DNA of 64,000 nt, from the IMG/VR virus record IMGVR_UViG_2690315929_000005, positions 1 through 64,000 of that record; one strand, 5' to 3'. Positions 30,038 through 39,671 of the stretch are shown here, piece after piece (the stretch's first letter is position 1; every line of letters begins with the position of its first letter). The stretch is from an uncultured virus (IMG/VR IMGVR_UViG_2690315929_000005). Taxonomy: Duplodnaviria; Heunggongvirae; Uroviricota; Caudoviricetes. The position numbers and the translations under genes were made by a program. The notes beneath the pieces are model-generated. The model saw only the letters and a program-made list of their open reading frames with translations, did no database searches and was not told the origin of the DNA.

Positions 30038-31132
30038 ATGTTTTATACTGCTGAAACTTTAGCAACAAATAGCCGACTGCAACGTCAGTGGGATAGCCTA
30101 TGGGCTACACGTAATATCTATAACACGCAACATAACCTGATGATAAACCAGTATCGGAATGTTATGGATGGTGAGACTTTAGCGGCAAACCAGTCAGGCG
30201 GTTTCTCTAAGGACTTTTGGAAAGAAGTAGATAACAATATTATTCAGTTGCGCGACCAAGAAACAGGCATGGAAATCGTCAATGATTTAATGGGCCTGCA
30301 AACAGTGTTACCAATTGGCAAAACAGCGAAACTGTATAACGTGGTTGGTGATATTGCTGATGACGTATCAATCAGCATCGATGGTCAAGCACCATACTCT
30401 CATGATCACACCGATTATGGTTCTGATGGTGACCCAATCCCAGTATTTACCGCTGGCTTTGGTGTTAACTGGCGTCATGCGGCGGGTTTAAGCACAGTTG
30501 GTATTGACCTTGTTCTTGATTCTCAAACTGCAAAAATGCGTCAATTCAATAAGAAAGTAGTTAACTACTTCTTAAATGGCGATGCATCTATTAGTGTTGA
30601 GGGATACAAAGGCCAAGGACTGAAAAATCACCGCAACACAGCGAAAATCGATCTAGGTACTTCTGGTGCTAATATCGATTTAACCACAGCTGACTTGCCT
30701 GCATTGTTAGCGTTCTTTGGTTTTGGTGGCGCGTTCGGTCAGACTGCATTCAACAACAAAGTAGACGCCTACGATGTTATGTGGGTGAGTTACGAAGCAT
30801 GGGGTAACTTAATTAAGCCTGTGGTTGTTTCTGTCGGTGCTGGTGCTGGTAATAGCGTGGTAAATGGTCGCATTATCGATACATTACTACCGTATGCTGG
30901 CGTGAAAGAAATTCGACCTACTTATGCGCTTAAAGGCTCTGAGTTTATCGCTTATCAACGCCGTAAAGATGTAGTGACACCGTTAGTTGGTATGGCAACA
31001 GGTGTTGTTCCTAAACCTCGCTTTATGCCACAGGAAAACTACAACTTTCAAATCATGAGCGCAGCAGGTCTGCAAATTACTCGTGACGGTGACGGTAAGT
31101 CTGGTGTGGTTTACGGTGCCAAACTGAGCTAA
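30038..31132 (+). CDS. Major capsid protein
   Basis: 364 aa, synteny, followed by a small ORF and terminator. Confidence 0.85.
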   Translation: MFYTAETLATNSRLQRQWDSLWATRNIYNTQHNLMINQYRNVMDGETLAANQSGGFSKDFWKEVDNNIIQLRDQETGMEIVNDLMGLQTVLPIGKTAKLYNVVGDIADDVSISIDGQAPYSHDHTDYGSDGDPIPVFTAGFGVNWRHAAGLSTVGIDLVLDSQTAKMRQFNKKVVNYFLNGDASISVEGYKGQGLKNHRNTAKIDLGTSGANIDLTTADLPALLAFFGFGGAFGQTAFNNKVDAYDVMWVSYEAWGNLIKPVVVSVGAGAGNSVVNGRIIDTLLPYAGVKEIRPTYALKGSEFIAYQRRKDVVTPLVGMATGVVPKPRFMPQENYNFQIMSAAGLQITRDGDGKSGVVYGAKLS

Positions 31133-31141
31133 GGATCTGCA

Positions 31142-31315
31142 ATGACAAAGTACGAGGTTATTATCCCTTGGCATGGTGTCGAAAAGGGTCAGGTGGTTGA
31201 GTTAGAAAATCTTCATCCAGCCTTTAAGGCTAATGTTAGAGCATTATCTAATGATGCCGCTGAGTTGGTCCCAGCCACACCAAAAGCCAAGTCTAAAAAA
31301 GACAAAGATGAATAG
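31142..31315 (+). CDS. Small head-associated protein
   Basis: MTKYEVIIPWHGVEKGQVV... Confidence 0.6.
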   Translation: MTKYEVIIPWHGVEKGQVVELENLHPAFKANVRALSNDAAELVPATPKAKSKKDKDE

Positions 31316-31372
31316 CCGCGAAAGCGGTTTTTTTTATGCCCTCGAAAGGGGGCTTTGCTTTGTGAGGTAATC

Positions 31373-31771
31373 ATGATCACAAAAGAGCAAGCCAAAGAGT
31401 ACCTGACAGGGCAGGGAATAGAATTACCTGATTTTATTCTCGACGCACTTATTGAGCAGGTAGGCAGTATTCAGGAATGTCTTGATAAACACTATCCATC
31501 AGCAACAGCACTATTAATCCAGATGTATCTACTGTCACTCATGGCACTTGGTCAAGGTGATAAATATATCAGCTCACAAACAGCACCTAACGGCGCATCA
31601 CGCTCATTTAGATATCAATCGTTTGGTGATAGATGGAAATCGGCTGCATCACTCTTGCGTGGTTTGGATAAGTACGGTTGTGCTAATGATTTAATACCAA
31701 CCGATCCTACTCAAACTGCTCATGCTGGTTTGTGGATAGCGAAAGGTGGCTGTATGTGTAGGGGGGCGTAA
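31373..31771 (+). CDS. Head-tail adaptor
   Basis: Synteny; SQTAPNGASRSF. Confidence 0.7.
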   Translation: MITKEQAKEYLTGQGIELPDFILDALIEQVGSIQECLDKHYPSATALLIQMYLLSLMALGQGDKYISSQTAPNGASRSFRYQSFGDRWKSAASLLRGLDKYGCANDLIPTDPTQTAHAGLWIAKGGCMCRGA

Positions 31772-32112
31772 TGAGTTCAGTTGCGAATTGGGCTTACACC
31801 TCGTGGGCTACTTTATGGCGACCAAACGGAAAAGATAAATACGGCAAAGTTACATTCTCAGAGCCGGTTCATTTTCTTTGTGGCTATGGTAGTGAGCTTA
31901 AGTCTGGAAAGTTAGATATTGGCTCTGAAATAACCATTAAGCTAGTTTTTTGGACTGAATATGCAGATGCTAAAAAAGGTGACTTTATCGCTATCGGCAA
32001 GCACTCAGGCGATCCGTTATCTGTCGGTGCTGATGAAATAAAATTCATCAAACGCGATGAAGACCTATTTGAGCATATTGCAGATGACTACACTCTGATA
32101 ACGGCGGTGTGA
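31771..32112 (+). CDS. Head closure protein
   Basis: Synteny. Confidence 0.65.
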   Translation: MSSVANWAYTSWATLWRPNGKDKYGKVTFSEPVHFLCGYGSELKSGKLDIGSEITIKLVFWTEYADAKKGDFIAIGKHSGDPLSVGADEIKFIKRDEDLFEHIADDYTLITAV

Positions 32113-32113
32113 T

Positions 32114-32482
32114 ATGGGCGCAAAAGTAAGGGGTATTTCTCAGGCTAACGCAAACCTTAGAGCACTTGTTGGTGATATACAAGGTAAGAAAGTGATGAGA
32201 GCTATTCAGTCAGCTTTGTTGATTGGTAGTGCTCAGGCGGCTATATACACACCTATTGATACATCAACACTTATCAACTCCCAATTCAGGGAAGTCACTG
32301 TTAATGGCACTCGCGTTACTGGTCGTGTCGGATATACAGCAAACTACGCGGTTTATGTTCATGATCCAAGAATTAAGCAAAACTTTAGGCGATCAAGTGC
32401 TCGTAAAGAGTTCTTATCTCGTGGTTTTGAAGATGAACGCAAGGCTATTGATGACGCGGTGAGACGGGAGCTTCAAATATGA
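32114..32482 (+). CDS. HK97 gp10-like neck/tail-completion protein
   Basis: TPIDTSTLINS, VGYTANYAVYVH, KEFL. Confidence 0.8.
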   Translation: MGAKVRGISQANANLRALVGDIQGKKVMRAIQSALLIGSAQAAIYTPIDTSTLINSQFREVTVNGTRVTGRVGYTANYAVYVHDPRIKQNFRRSSARKEFLSRGFEDERKAIDDAVRRELQI

Positions 32483-32847
32483 TACATGAGAAGTTTGAGC
32501 GCTACTTAAACAGAGGTAATCTGCTCGATGGTTTCATCGTTCAATATCTGACGTGGAATGAGCAACCAGACGAAAAGACTCAGCAATATGCTGTTATTCA
32601 GCCTGATGATGGTAGCGGACGATTTGCTGATTTGGGTGCTGATGATTTCGTGACGCTTGTTCTAGTATCTGCGCAGTATGATCCTGAACCTGCACTGATA
32701 AGAGCTAATGAAATTCTAAACTTTATTGCTGAATTCCCTGATGATTGCGAACTCAATTCAATCTACAACTTAGGCGGTCTACCAAGGCCCATACCGACAG
32801 AAGAAGGTCGGTTTATCCTCAAGCTTTCTTTTCGCTGTACATCTTAA
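32479..32847 (+). CDS. Tail terminator protein
   Basis: Synteny before the tail tube gene. Confidence 0.65.
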   Translation: MIHEKFERYLNRGNLLDGFIVQYLTWNEQPDEKTQQYAVIQPDDGSGRFADLGADDFVTLVLVSAQYDPEPALIRANEILNFIAEFPDDCELNSIYNLGGLPRPIPTEEGRFILKLSFRCTS

Positions 32848-32913
32848 ATTAAATACATCTCAACAGGTCGCGTATGCGGCCTTTTTTTTATTTGCAAATA
32901 AAGAGGTTATAAC

Positions 32914-33669
32914 ATGGCACAATGCCCTGATGATAAAGGCCTAGTGATGGGCAACGCAGGTATTCTGCGCATTGCAAAAGGCTGTCCTGACCAAGTACCA
33001 GCACAAGATCAATTCTTGCGCTTAGGTGCACTAACAAGCAAGTCATTCGATTTCGGTATGGAGACAGTGACATCTAATGCTGATGACACCAAAGGCTTAA
33101 CTGAGTCAATTGTTACTGGCGCTGACTTTACCATTAGTTTCGATGGTGAATTAAAGAAAGCTGGTGTAACCGGTTCTACTTCCGCGTTTGATATTGCCAA
33201 AGAAATCCTTGATGAAATCAAAGCAAGTCGCCAACCGTCATATTGGGTTCAACTTGATATGAAAGGCGATGGCTCTGATGTTGTTCAGGGTTATATGGCG
33301 TTCACATCTTGGTCAATGGAGTTTCCAACAAAAGAAATTTCCACTTATTCAGGTGAATTGAAAGTCTATGACTCAGACACCGTTGAATGGCTACAAGAAG
33401 AAATCGTTGTTGAAAGCGTTGCCGTTGAGCCATCCACCCTGTCTGTAAAAGTGGGTGAAACCAAGACATTTACTGTCAAATTTACCCCAACCGATGCGAC
33501 GAACAAAAACTATACTGCCGTAAGCGATAAGCCGAACTTTGCAACAGTTACCCAGCTTGTGAATGTGGTCACTGTGCGTGGTGTTGCCGAAGGTACTGCA
33601 AATATCACTGTCACATCTGAAGATGGTAGTAAAACAGCAAAATGCGTGGTTACTGTTACCGCTGCTTAA
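32914..33669 (+). CDS. Major tail tube protein with C-terminal Ig-like domain
   Basis: Big_2-like PTDATNK...G.VT...EGTANITVT...KTAKCVVTV. Confidence 0.88.
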   Translation: MAQCPDDKGLVMGNAGILRIAKGCPDQVPAQDQFLRLGALTSKSFDFGMETVTSNADDTKGLTESIVTGADFTISFDGELKKAGVTGSTSAFDIAKEILDEIKASRQPSYWVQLDMKGDGSDVVQGYMAFTSWSMEFPTKEISTYSGELKVYDSDTVEWLQEEIVVESVAVEPSTLSVKVGETKTFTVKFTPTDATNKNYTAVSDKPNFATVTQLVNVVTVRGVAEGTANITVTSEDGSKTAKCVVTVTAA

Positions 33670-33718
33670 TATTACAAAGGGTGCTTTCGAGTACCCTTGA
33701 TAATATTCAGGAGGGATT

Positions 33719-34411
33719 ATGACACCTATTTTAGAAATCGGGGAGATGGTTATCTCTACTGATAAAAAGGATTACTTATTTAGACCATCGTTCATCAATA
33801 TGACAAGAATCGGTGAGCCTAAACAAATTGTGAGTGCATATGGTCAATTAAATGGCACAGAGGTTCAGGATTTAATTGCACGCGCCGTAATGAGCTACAG
33901 GATTATTCCTGAGTGGTTAATAAAAGCCATTAGCAAGCCAATATATGGGCGTAATATCCTACAAACTGCAATGATGGTTATGCAGGCGTGCTGTGATGAT
34001 GATTGTTCAGAGCTCATTGGTGAATGGAGATCGGGTAAGCGAGGTATTGTCTATAAAAACGGCAAGATGCCAATCGCTGACATTATCGTCATTGCTCGAG
34101 AATTATTCACTCACGGAATTATCGGTAAAGCGAAGATCCGTAAACTTCAACGCAATGAAGGTAAAAACGAATTCTCAGATGAGTTTATGGCAATTGATTA
34201 TATCAGTTCAGCTCGTGCGCACTTTGGTATGAATCGAGAGGAAGCCGAGCAGCTAACCATGACTGAATTTCAGATGATGCTCAAAGCTAAATACCCTGAT
34301 GAGAAAGGCTTCACAAAAGAAGAATATGACAACATCATGAAGCAAGATGATAAGCGCAATGATGAACTGATTAGCGGTAAGCGTCGATTGGTGAGCAGGA
34401 AACGTAAATGA
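33719..34411 (+). CDS. Tail assembly chaperone (DUF6246-like)
   Basis: Between tail tube and tape measure; AR.HFGM..EEA..LTMTEF. Confidence 0.75.
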   Translation: MTPILEIGEMVISTDKKDYLFRPSFINMTRIGEPKQIVSAYGQLNGTEVQDLIARAVMSYRIIPEWLIKAISKPIYGRNILQTAMMVMQACCDDDCSELIGEWRSGKRGIVYKNGKMPIADIIVIARELFTHGIIGKAKIRKLQRNEGKNEFSDEFMAIDYISSARAHFGMNREEAEQLTMTEFQMMLKAKYPDEKGFTKEEYDNIMKQDDKRNDELISGKRRLVSRKRK

Positions 34412-34480
34412 GTTAGTTTGCTTTCTTTTGCATTACCATCTATATAACATAACAACAAATTAACTAACGAGGATGGTGTT

Positions 34481-34861
34481 GTGAAAAGGTTATTATTATC
34501 TTGTTTTTTGGTTTTATCTGCCCTAATTATTTCTGGTTGCGCACAAGAAAAGCAAATTAACTACAACCAAAAATCATCCATGCTTTCATTAGGAATGGAT
34601 AAAGATCAAGTAAGAACAGTTCTTGGTGACCCTAGAAGAACTGAAGTCAATACAGAAAGAGAAAGATGGGTATATTGGGGTAAAGTTTATTATGGATTTA
34701 CTCCGGTAGATAACGAGCAGTTATCTCAGGATAGGTTAGTTGTGACATTTCAAGAGGGTAAAGTGACCAAGTGGGGGCAGCAAACGCTTTCTGATGATGC
34801 ATTAGAGATGTCACAAAAAACAATTGAAGCTACTACTAACGCAATAAAAGCATCACAGTAA
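34481..34861 (+). CDS. Lipoprotein moron (SmpA/OmlA-like)
   Basis: ISG-C lipobox; LGMDKDQV..VLG.P...E.W.Y; own terminator near 34883-34905. Confidence 0.8.
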   Translation: MKRLLLSCFLVLSALIISGCAQEKQINYNQKSSMLSLGMDKDQVRTVLGDPRRTEVNTERERWVYWGKVYYGFTPVDNEQLSQDRLVVTFQEGKVTKWGQQTLSDDALEMSQKTIEATTNAIKASQ

Positions 34862-34924
34862 AATACTTTAAAGATTACACAACCCTGCCAACTGGCGGGG
34901 TTTTTCATTTTAAGGAGCCGATAA

Positions 34925-37900
34925 ATGGCACAAGTAGGCGAAATTGTTTATCAAGTACAGATGGATGTTCAGCAACTACTTACATCTCAACAGCAGTTAG
35001 AGCAACGCCTTAATCGCATGGATAGTAGCTTTAACCGAACGTCTCAGTCAGTAAATAATACAGAGCGTTCAATGCAGTCTCTATCTAAAGTTGCGGTGGC
35101 TCTGACTGGTTATTTATCTGCTTCAATGGTTGCTAGTTATTCCGAAGCATGGACTGAATTAAACAACAAGCTATCTAACTCAGTTCGTGCGAGTGAGTCA
35201 CTTGTTGATGTTACTCAGCGAGTATTTGATATCTCTCAAGCAACGCGATCTAGCCTCGATGCCACAGCAACTCTCTATGCACGATTAGAGCGAGGCACGA
35301 GAGAATACAACACATCAGCAGCGGACTTGGCAAAATTAACATCCATCATCAACCAAGGCTTTATCGTCTCTGGTGCTACTGCACAGGAAGCAGAAAATGC
35401 CATTATTCAGCTATCGCAGGGTATCGCGTCTGGCGTTCTCCGTGGTGAAGAATTTAACTCAGTGGCGGAACAGGGTAGCCGTTTGATGGTTGCACTTGCT
35501 GACTCGATGGGTGTTGGTATTGGTCAACTCCGTAAGATGGCAGCAGAAGGCAAGCTAACTACTGATGTTGTTGTGAAAGGTTTGCTCTCTCAAGGTGATG
35601 CGATCGGTAAAGAGTTTGCCAAAACCACTCGAACAATGTCACAGGCTTTCCAAGAGGCTGGGAACAACCTAACCAAGTTTCTCGGTGAAAATACAACAAT
35701 AAAATCAACCATTAGTGCGTTTAGTGATGCGGTTATTACGGTTAGTAAGAATTTAGATGAGCTTAGCTCTGTCTTGACGGTAATTGCCACAGTGGTTGGT
35801 TCAAGATATGTTGGCGCATTAGCTATGGCTACCAAGTCAAAAGTGATGATGGCAGCCGCCTCTCGTCAAGAGTCAGTCGCTACACTGCAATCAGCAAGAG
35901 CAAGTGAGTATGCTGCAAATATGTCAGTCAGAAAGGCTCAGGCTGATTTATCCTCCGCTAGATCTGCTGTTGCTCTTGCTCAAGCAGAGTACAACGTTGC
36001 AAAAGGAACCTTGGCGGAAGCAACCGCTCTTGATAACTTAATCGCTAAAAAATCATTAGCCTCAAAAGCTGCAATAACATTAACCCAAGCAACACAAGCG
36101 CAAACAGCAGCAATGGCAAACTCAGCAGCCGCAGCGAGAGCTGCATCATTATCTATGGGGTTGTTGCGTGGTGCCATGGGGATGTTAGGTGGCCCTGCTG
36201 GTGTGGCCATGTTAGCTGGTGCCGCAATCTATTACTTCTATCAGAAATCAGAGCAAGCAAAACAAGAGGCTAGAGATTTTGCTGATAGCATAGATCAGTT
36301 AACAGTAAAATTAAAAGAGCTTTCATATCAAGAGATTGCTAGAGATGCTCAAGATGCTAGAGATAAACAAGAGCTACTACGTCTTGAGATGAAAGAGCAG
36401 GAAAAACAGCTATCAGCATTAAGAGCTCAACTTGAATTACAAAAAACTGCATTAAAAGACCAGCCAGAACTTATTGATAAAAACACCACAAGGATCTTGC
36501 GTGAAATTACAAAGCTTGAAGGTGATTTATCTACAAATAGAAAACGCCTTGAGTTAACCACAAAATACCTCACAGATGCTCAAGATGAATACAACAGGAA
36601 AGCAAAGGAAGCTATTGACTTAAGTGTTAAGAGTGCAACAACTCTTGATATTGAGAAATCAGCTTTTGGAAGGTTAACAACTCAGATAAGAGAAGCAACT
36701 GGAGCAAAGGAAGAGTTCAGTCTTGTAAGGCCAAAACTTAATTTTGGTGGTGAGGAAGGTGAAAAGCTAAAAAAACAAATGGAAGAAAGGCTTGCTCTAT
36801 CTAAATTAGAGGGAGCTGAAAGAGCTAAGCTAAAAGCCATGTATGACGCTAAAGATGCAGGGATAACAGATCCTGATGCAATTCGTCATTTACAAGATTT
36901 AGCAGCTCAAGAGTACGAAAACACTCAGGCAAAAAAAGAATCAATTAGTGCTGCCAAAAAAGAAGCCACGGAAGCTGAAAAGCTGAAACAGAAGATCACC
37001 GATGTAGCCAATGCGACAAAAGTTGCTGAATTAGAAACAAAAGGACTTGCTCGCGAGGCTGCTATTCTTGAAGCCGTTCAAAAACTTGGCAGTAAAGCAA
37101 CGAAAGCGCAGATTACAGAAATAACAGAGTTGGCTGGGAAGGAATTTGATTTAAACCAGAAAATACAAGATAGGAAGGACGCTTTCTCTCAAAACCCAGA
37201 AGCAAAGGCAAATCAAGAATACAAGTTATCTCTTGAGCAACTCGAAAGGCAACTTCAAGGTAATTTGGTTACTGAGGAGAATTACCAAAGAAGAAGAGTT
37301 GAGCTAGCTAGTGAGTATTCTAAAAAAATAGCCGAGGCAAATGCTCAGGCTTCAGTTTCTCCAATTGAAGATAATAGGGCGCAGTTCGATCCAATTCAGC
37401 AGTTGAAAAATGAGAACGCTAAAAAACTAGCGCTCATGGATAAGTATTATGCTGATGAAATGGCAATCATTAATCAAGCGTATGCAAATCAACAGATCTC
37501 ACACGAGCAATTTACGACAGCTAAGCAAATTACTGACGCACAATACCTTCAAATAAGAACAGCGCAGGAACGGCAATTCAACGAACAGCAAACTGCCGCA
37601 CAGTGGCAGATGTTAAGCCAGCAGAGCTTAGGTTTTGACATGCTTACATCTGCTGTTGATGCAATGGCAGGAAGCGCATCGAATGCCATTACTGGATTAT
37701 TGACTGGAACCATGACTGCCGCCGATGCAATGAGATCACTAGGTAACACAATACTAAACAGCGTTGTTAATTCCATTGTTCAAACTGGCGTTGAAATGTT
37801 GAAGAATTTCATCATTGGTAAAACAATGGGCGCTGCTGCCGCTGCCGCATCTATGGGTGAAGCCGCAATTGTTGCTTCTGCTTGGGCGCCTGCTGCTGCC

Positions 37901-38332
37901 TTTGTTTCTCTAGCAACGATGGGGGCTAATGCCGCGCCAGCTAATGCAAGTTTAGTAGGAACTACTGGTCTTGCTTCAACATTGGCAATCGCAGGCGCTC
38001 GTAAAAATGGTGGACCTGTTGACGCTGGTTCAATGTATCGAGTTGGTGAGGGTGGTAAACCTGAGATATTCAAGGCGAACAACGGTCGTCAATACATGAT
38101 CCCCGGTGACAATGGAAAGGTTATCTCCAATAAAGATATGCAGGGTGGCGGTATGAATGTGAATGTTGTATTTAATGACTATTCATCTGGTGGCCACAAG
38201 TTTGATGCTCAGACCTCGCAAGATGGAAATACACTAACCATTCAGGCATTCATTATGGATATGGATAACAAAGGCCCTATGCTTCAATCCATCACAAGAA
38301 ACACATCGGCAACAGCGAGAGCAAGAGGTTGA
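34925..38332 (+). CDS. Tail tape measure protein
   Basis: 1135 aa; QLSQGIASGVLRGEEFNSV tape-measure motif; C-terminal GGPV..G..Y.VGE.G.PE. Confidence 0.95.
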   Translation: MAQVGEIVYQVQMDVQQLLTSQQQLEQRLNRMDSSFNRTSQSVNNTERSMQSLSKVAVALTGYLSASMVASYSEAWTELNNKLSNSVRASESLVDVTQRVFDISQATRSSLDATATLYARLERGTREYNTSAADLAKLTSIINQGFIVSGATAQEAENAIIQLSQGIASGVLRGEEFNSVAEQGSRLMVALADSMGVGIGQLRKMAAEGKLTTDVVVKGLLSQGDAIGKEFAKTTRTMSQAFQEAGNNLTKFLGENTTIKSTISAFSDAVITVSKNLDELSSVLTVIATVVGSRYVGALAMATKSKVMMAAASRQESVATLQSARASEYAANMSVRKAQADLSSARSAVALAQAEYNVAKGTLAEATALDNLIAKKSLASKAAITLTQATQAQTAAMANSAAAARAASLSMGLLRGAMGMLGGPAGVAMLAGAAIYYFYQKSEQAKQEARDFADSIDQLTVKLKELSYQEIARDAQDARDKQELLRLEMKEQEKQLSALRAQLELQKTALKDQPELIDKNTTRILREITKLEGDLSTNRKRLELTTKYLTDAQDEYNRKAKEAIDLSVKSATTLDIEKSAFGRLTTQIREATGAKEEFSLVRPKLNFGGEEGEKLKKQMEERLALSKLEGAERAKLKAMYDAKDAGITDPDAIRHLQDLAAQEYENTQAKKESISAAKKEATEAEKLKQKITDVANATKVAELETKGLAREAAILEAVQKLGSKATKAQITEITELAGKEFDLNQKIQDRKDAFSQNPEAKANQEYKLSLEQLERQLQGNLVTEENYQRRRVELASEYSKKIAEANAQASVSPIEDNRAQFDPIQQLKNENAKKLALMDKYYADEMAIINQAYANQQISHEQFTTAKQITDAQYLQIRTAQERQFNEQQTAAQWQMLSQQSLGFDMLTSAVDAMAGSASNAITGLLTGTMTAADAMRSLGNTILNSVVNSIVQTGVEMLKNFIIGKTMGAAAAAASMGEAAIVASAWAPAAAFVSLATMGANAAPANASLVGTTGLASTLAIAGARKNGGPVDAGSMYRVGEGGKPEIFKANNGRQYMIPGDNGKVISNKDMQGGGMNVNVVFNDYSSGGHKFDAQTSQDGNTLTIQAFIMDMDNKGPMLQSITRNTSATARARG

Positions 38333-38335
38333 TAT

Positions 38336-38812
38336 ATGGTTATTGATTACCCTGACTGGCTTCCTCTAGCGCAGAAGGCTGATAAAAGCATGACGCTAGA
38401 TACTGGCTTCTTGACAGATCAACCACAGGTAGGCGCACCTATATTTCAGAAGTTAACTGATGATTTAAAAACTGTATGGAGTGTGAATTGGATATTTACA
38501 CTTCAACAAGAGCGTGCATTTGCGCAGTGGTTGCGAAGTCCCAACTATCTTGATAATTGCAATCGCTGGTTCAGGATGAAAATTAATCTTGGTGGTAGTG
38601 GACTGCAGGAGCAGGAGTTACATTTTGTTTCCTATCCAGTGCAAACCAGTATTAATGGATCTTCTGTAACATGGACTGGTCAAGTCATTAGTAAGAAACT
38701 TTATAATTCAGATGATGAATTCGACGATATTATCGTTGAGTTTCCGCCATCATTTGGAAGTTGGCTTGATATTATCGTCACTGAGACTCTACCAAAGTAT
38801 AAGGAGTTGTAA
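38336..38812 (+). CDS. Distal tail protein
   Basis: Synteny. Confidence 0.65.
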   Translation: MVIDYPDWLPLAQKADKSMTLDTGFLTDQPQVGAPIFQKLTDDLKTVWSVNWIFTLQQERAFAQWLRSPNYLDNCNRWFRMKINLGGSGLQEQELHFVSYPVQTSINGSSVTWTGQVISKKLYNSDDEFDDIIVEFPPSFGSWLDIIVTETLPKYKEL

Positions 38813-39282
38813 TGCCTACACTAAGAGAGTATCGGGCACAAAGGCCAAACAGAATACTTTATGAGACGCTGCAATTTAGTCATCCGTCATTTGGCGATAT
38901 TTATCTCGTGTCTTATCAGGTATTCCCAAAGGTTCTAGGTGGTGTTGAATATCAACCTTGTAATTTCGAACTATCTGACAGTCAGCAAAGCAGAACGCCC
39001 ATCATTGACGCTAGTGTTAAATTCAGCCGTGTCGCACAAGACTTTAAGCAGAAACTTAAACTATGGAAATCATTCAATAGAATGACACCCATAGAGGCTA
39101 CTTATCGCTTATTTGATGAGAAAGACAAAGGTAAGGCCATTACTCGATGGAAATTATTTGTGAAAGATGTGTCGATGGATCATGAAAGTGTCACTGTCAC
39201 GCTATCTATGAGTAATCCATTAAATAAAAATATCGGACGCATTTATGAGCCACAAGAATGGCCGGGCTTGGAGGCTGTATGA
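38812..39282 (+). CDS. Minor tail protein (DUF1833-like)
   Basis: Synteny; TLQFSHP, C-terminal WPGL. Confidence 0.7.
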   Translation: MPTLREYRAQRPNRILYETLQFSHPSFGDIYLVSYQVFPKVLGGVEYQPCNFELSDSQQSRTPIIDASVKFSRVAQDFKQKLKLWKSFNRMTPIEATYRLFDEKDKGKAITRWKLFVKDVSMDHESVTVTLSMSNPLNKNIGRIYEPQEWPGLEAV

Positions 39283-39671
39283 CAACTCAAGATTTCATCA
39301 ATAAGGTAATCGGTAAACCATGGAAAAATAGGTCTTGCACATTTGATGCTATGGACTGTTGGGGACTCGTCGTTCTCTATTATCGACACGTTCTAGGTAT
39401 TGAGATCCACCATGACGCAGGCTATGAGTCTGAAACTAATTTTGTGACTTGCTATAAAAATGAAGTTGAGTTTTGGGAGAAAGTAAATCAACCAGAAAAT
39501 AACGGAATATTTATAGGCTATATAGGCTCAAAACCCGCTCACATTGGCTTGATTATCGATGGTAACGCATTACATAGTCGAGGTGAAAACGGCTCTGTGA
39601 GAATGGATAGGTTGATTGTTCTTGAGAGAAAGTTCACTAAGTTGGAGTTTATGAAATATGCCAATAATTGA
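39279..39671 (+). CDS. NlpC/P60 tail-assembly peptidase
   Basis: DCWGLV, HIG, LHS. Confidence 0.88.
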   Translation: MTTQDFINKVIGKPWKNRSCTFDAMDCWGLVVLYYRHVLGIEIHHDAGYESETNFVTCYKNEVEFWEKVNQPENNGIFIGYIGSKPAHIGLIIDGNALHSRGENGSVRMDRLIVLERKFTKLEFMKYANN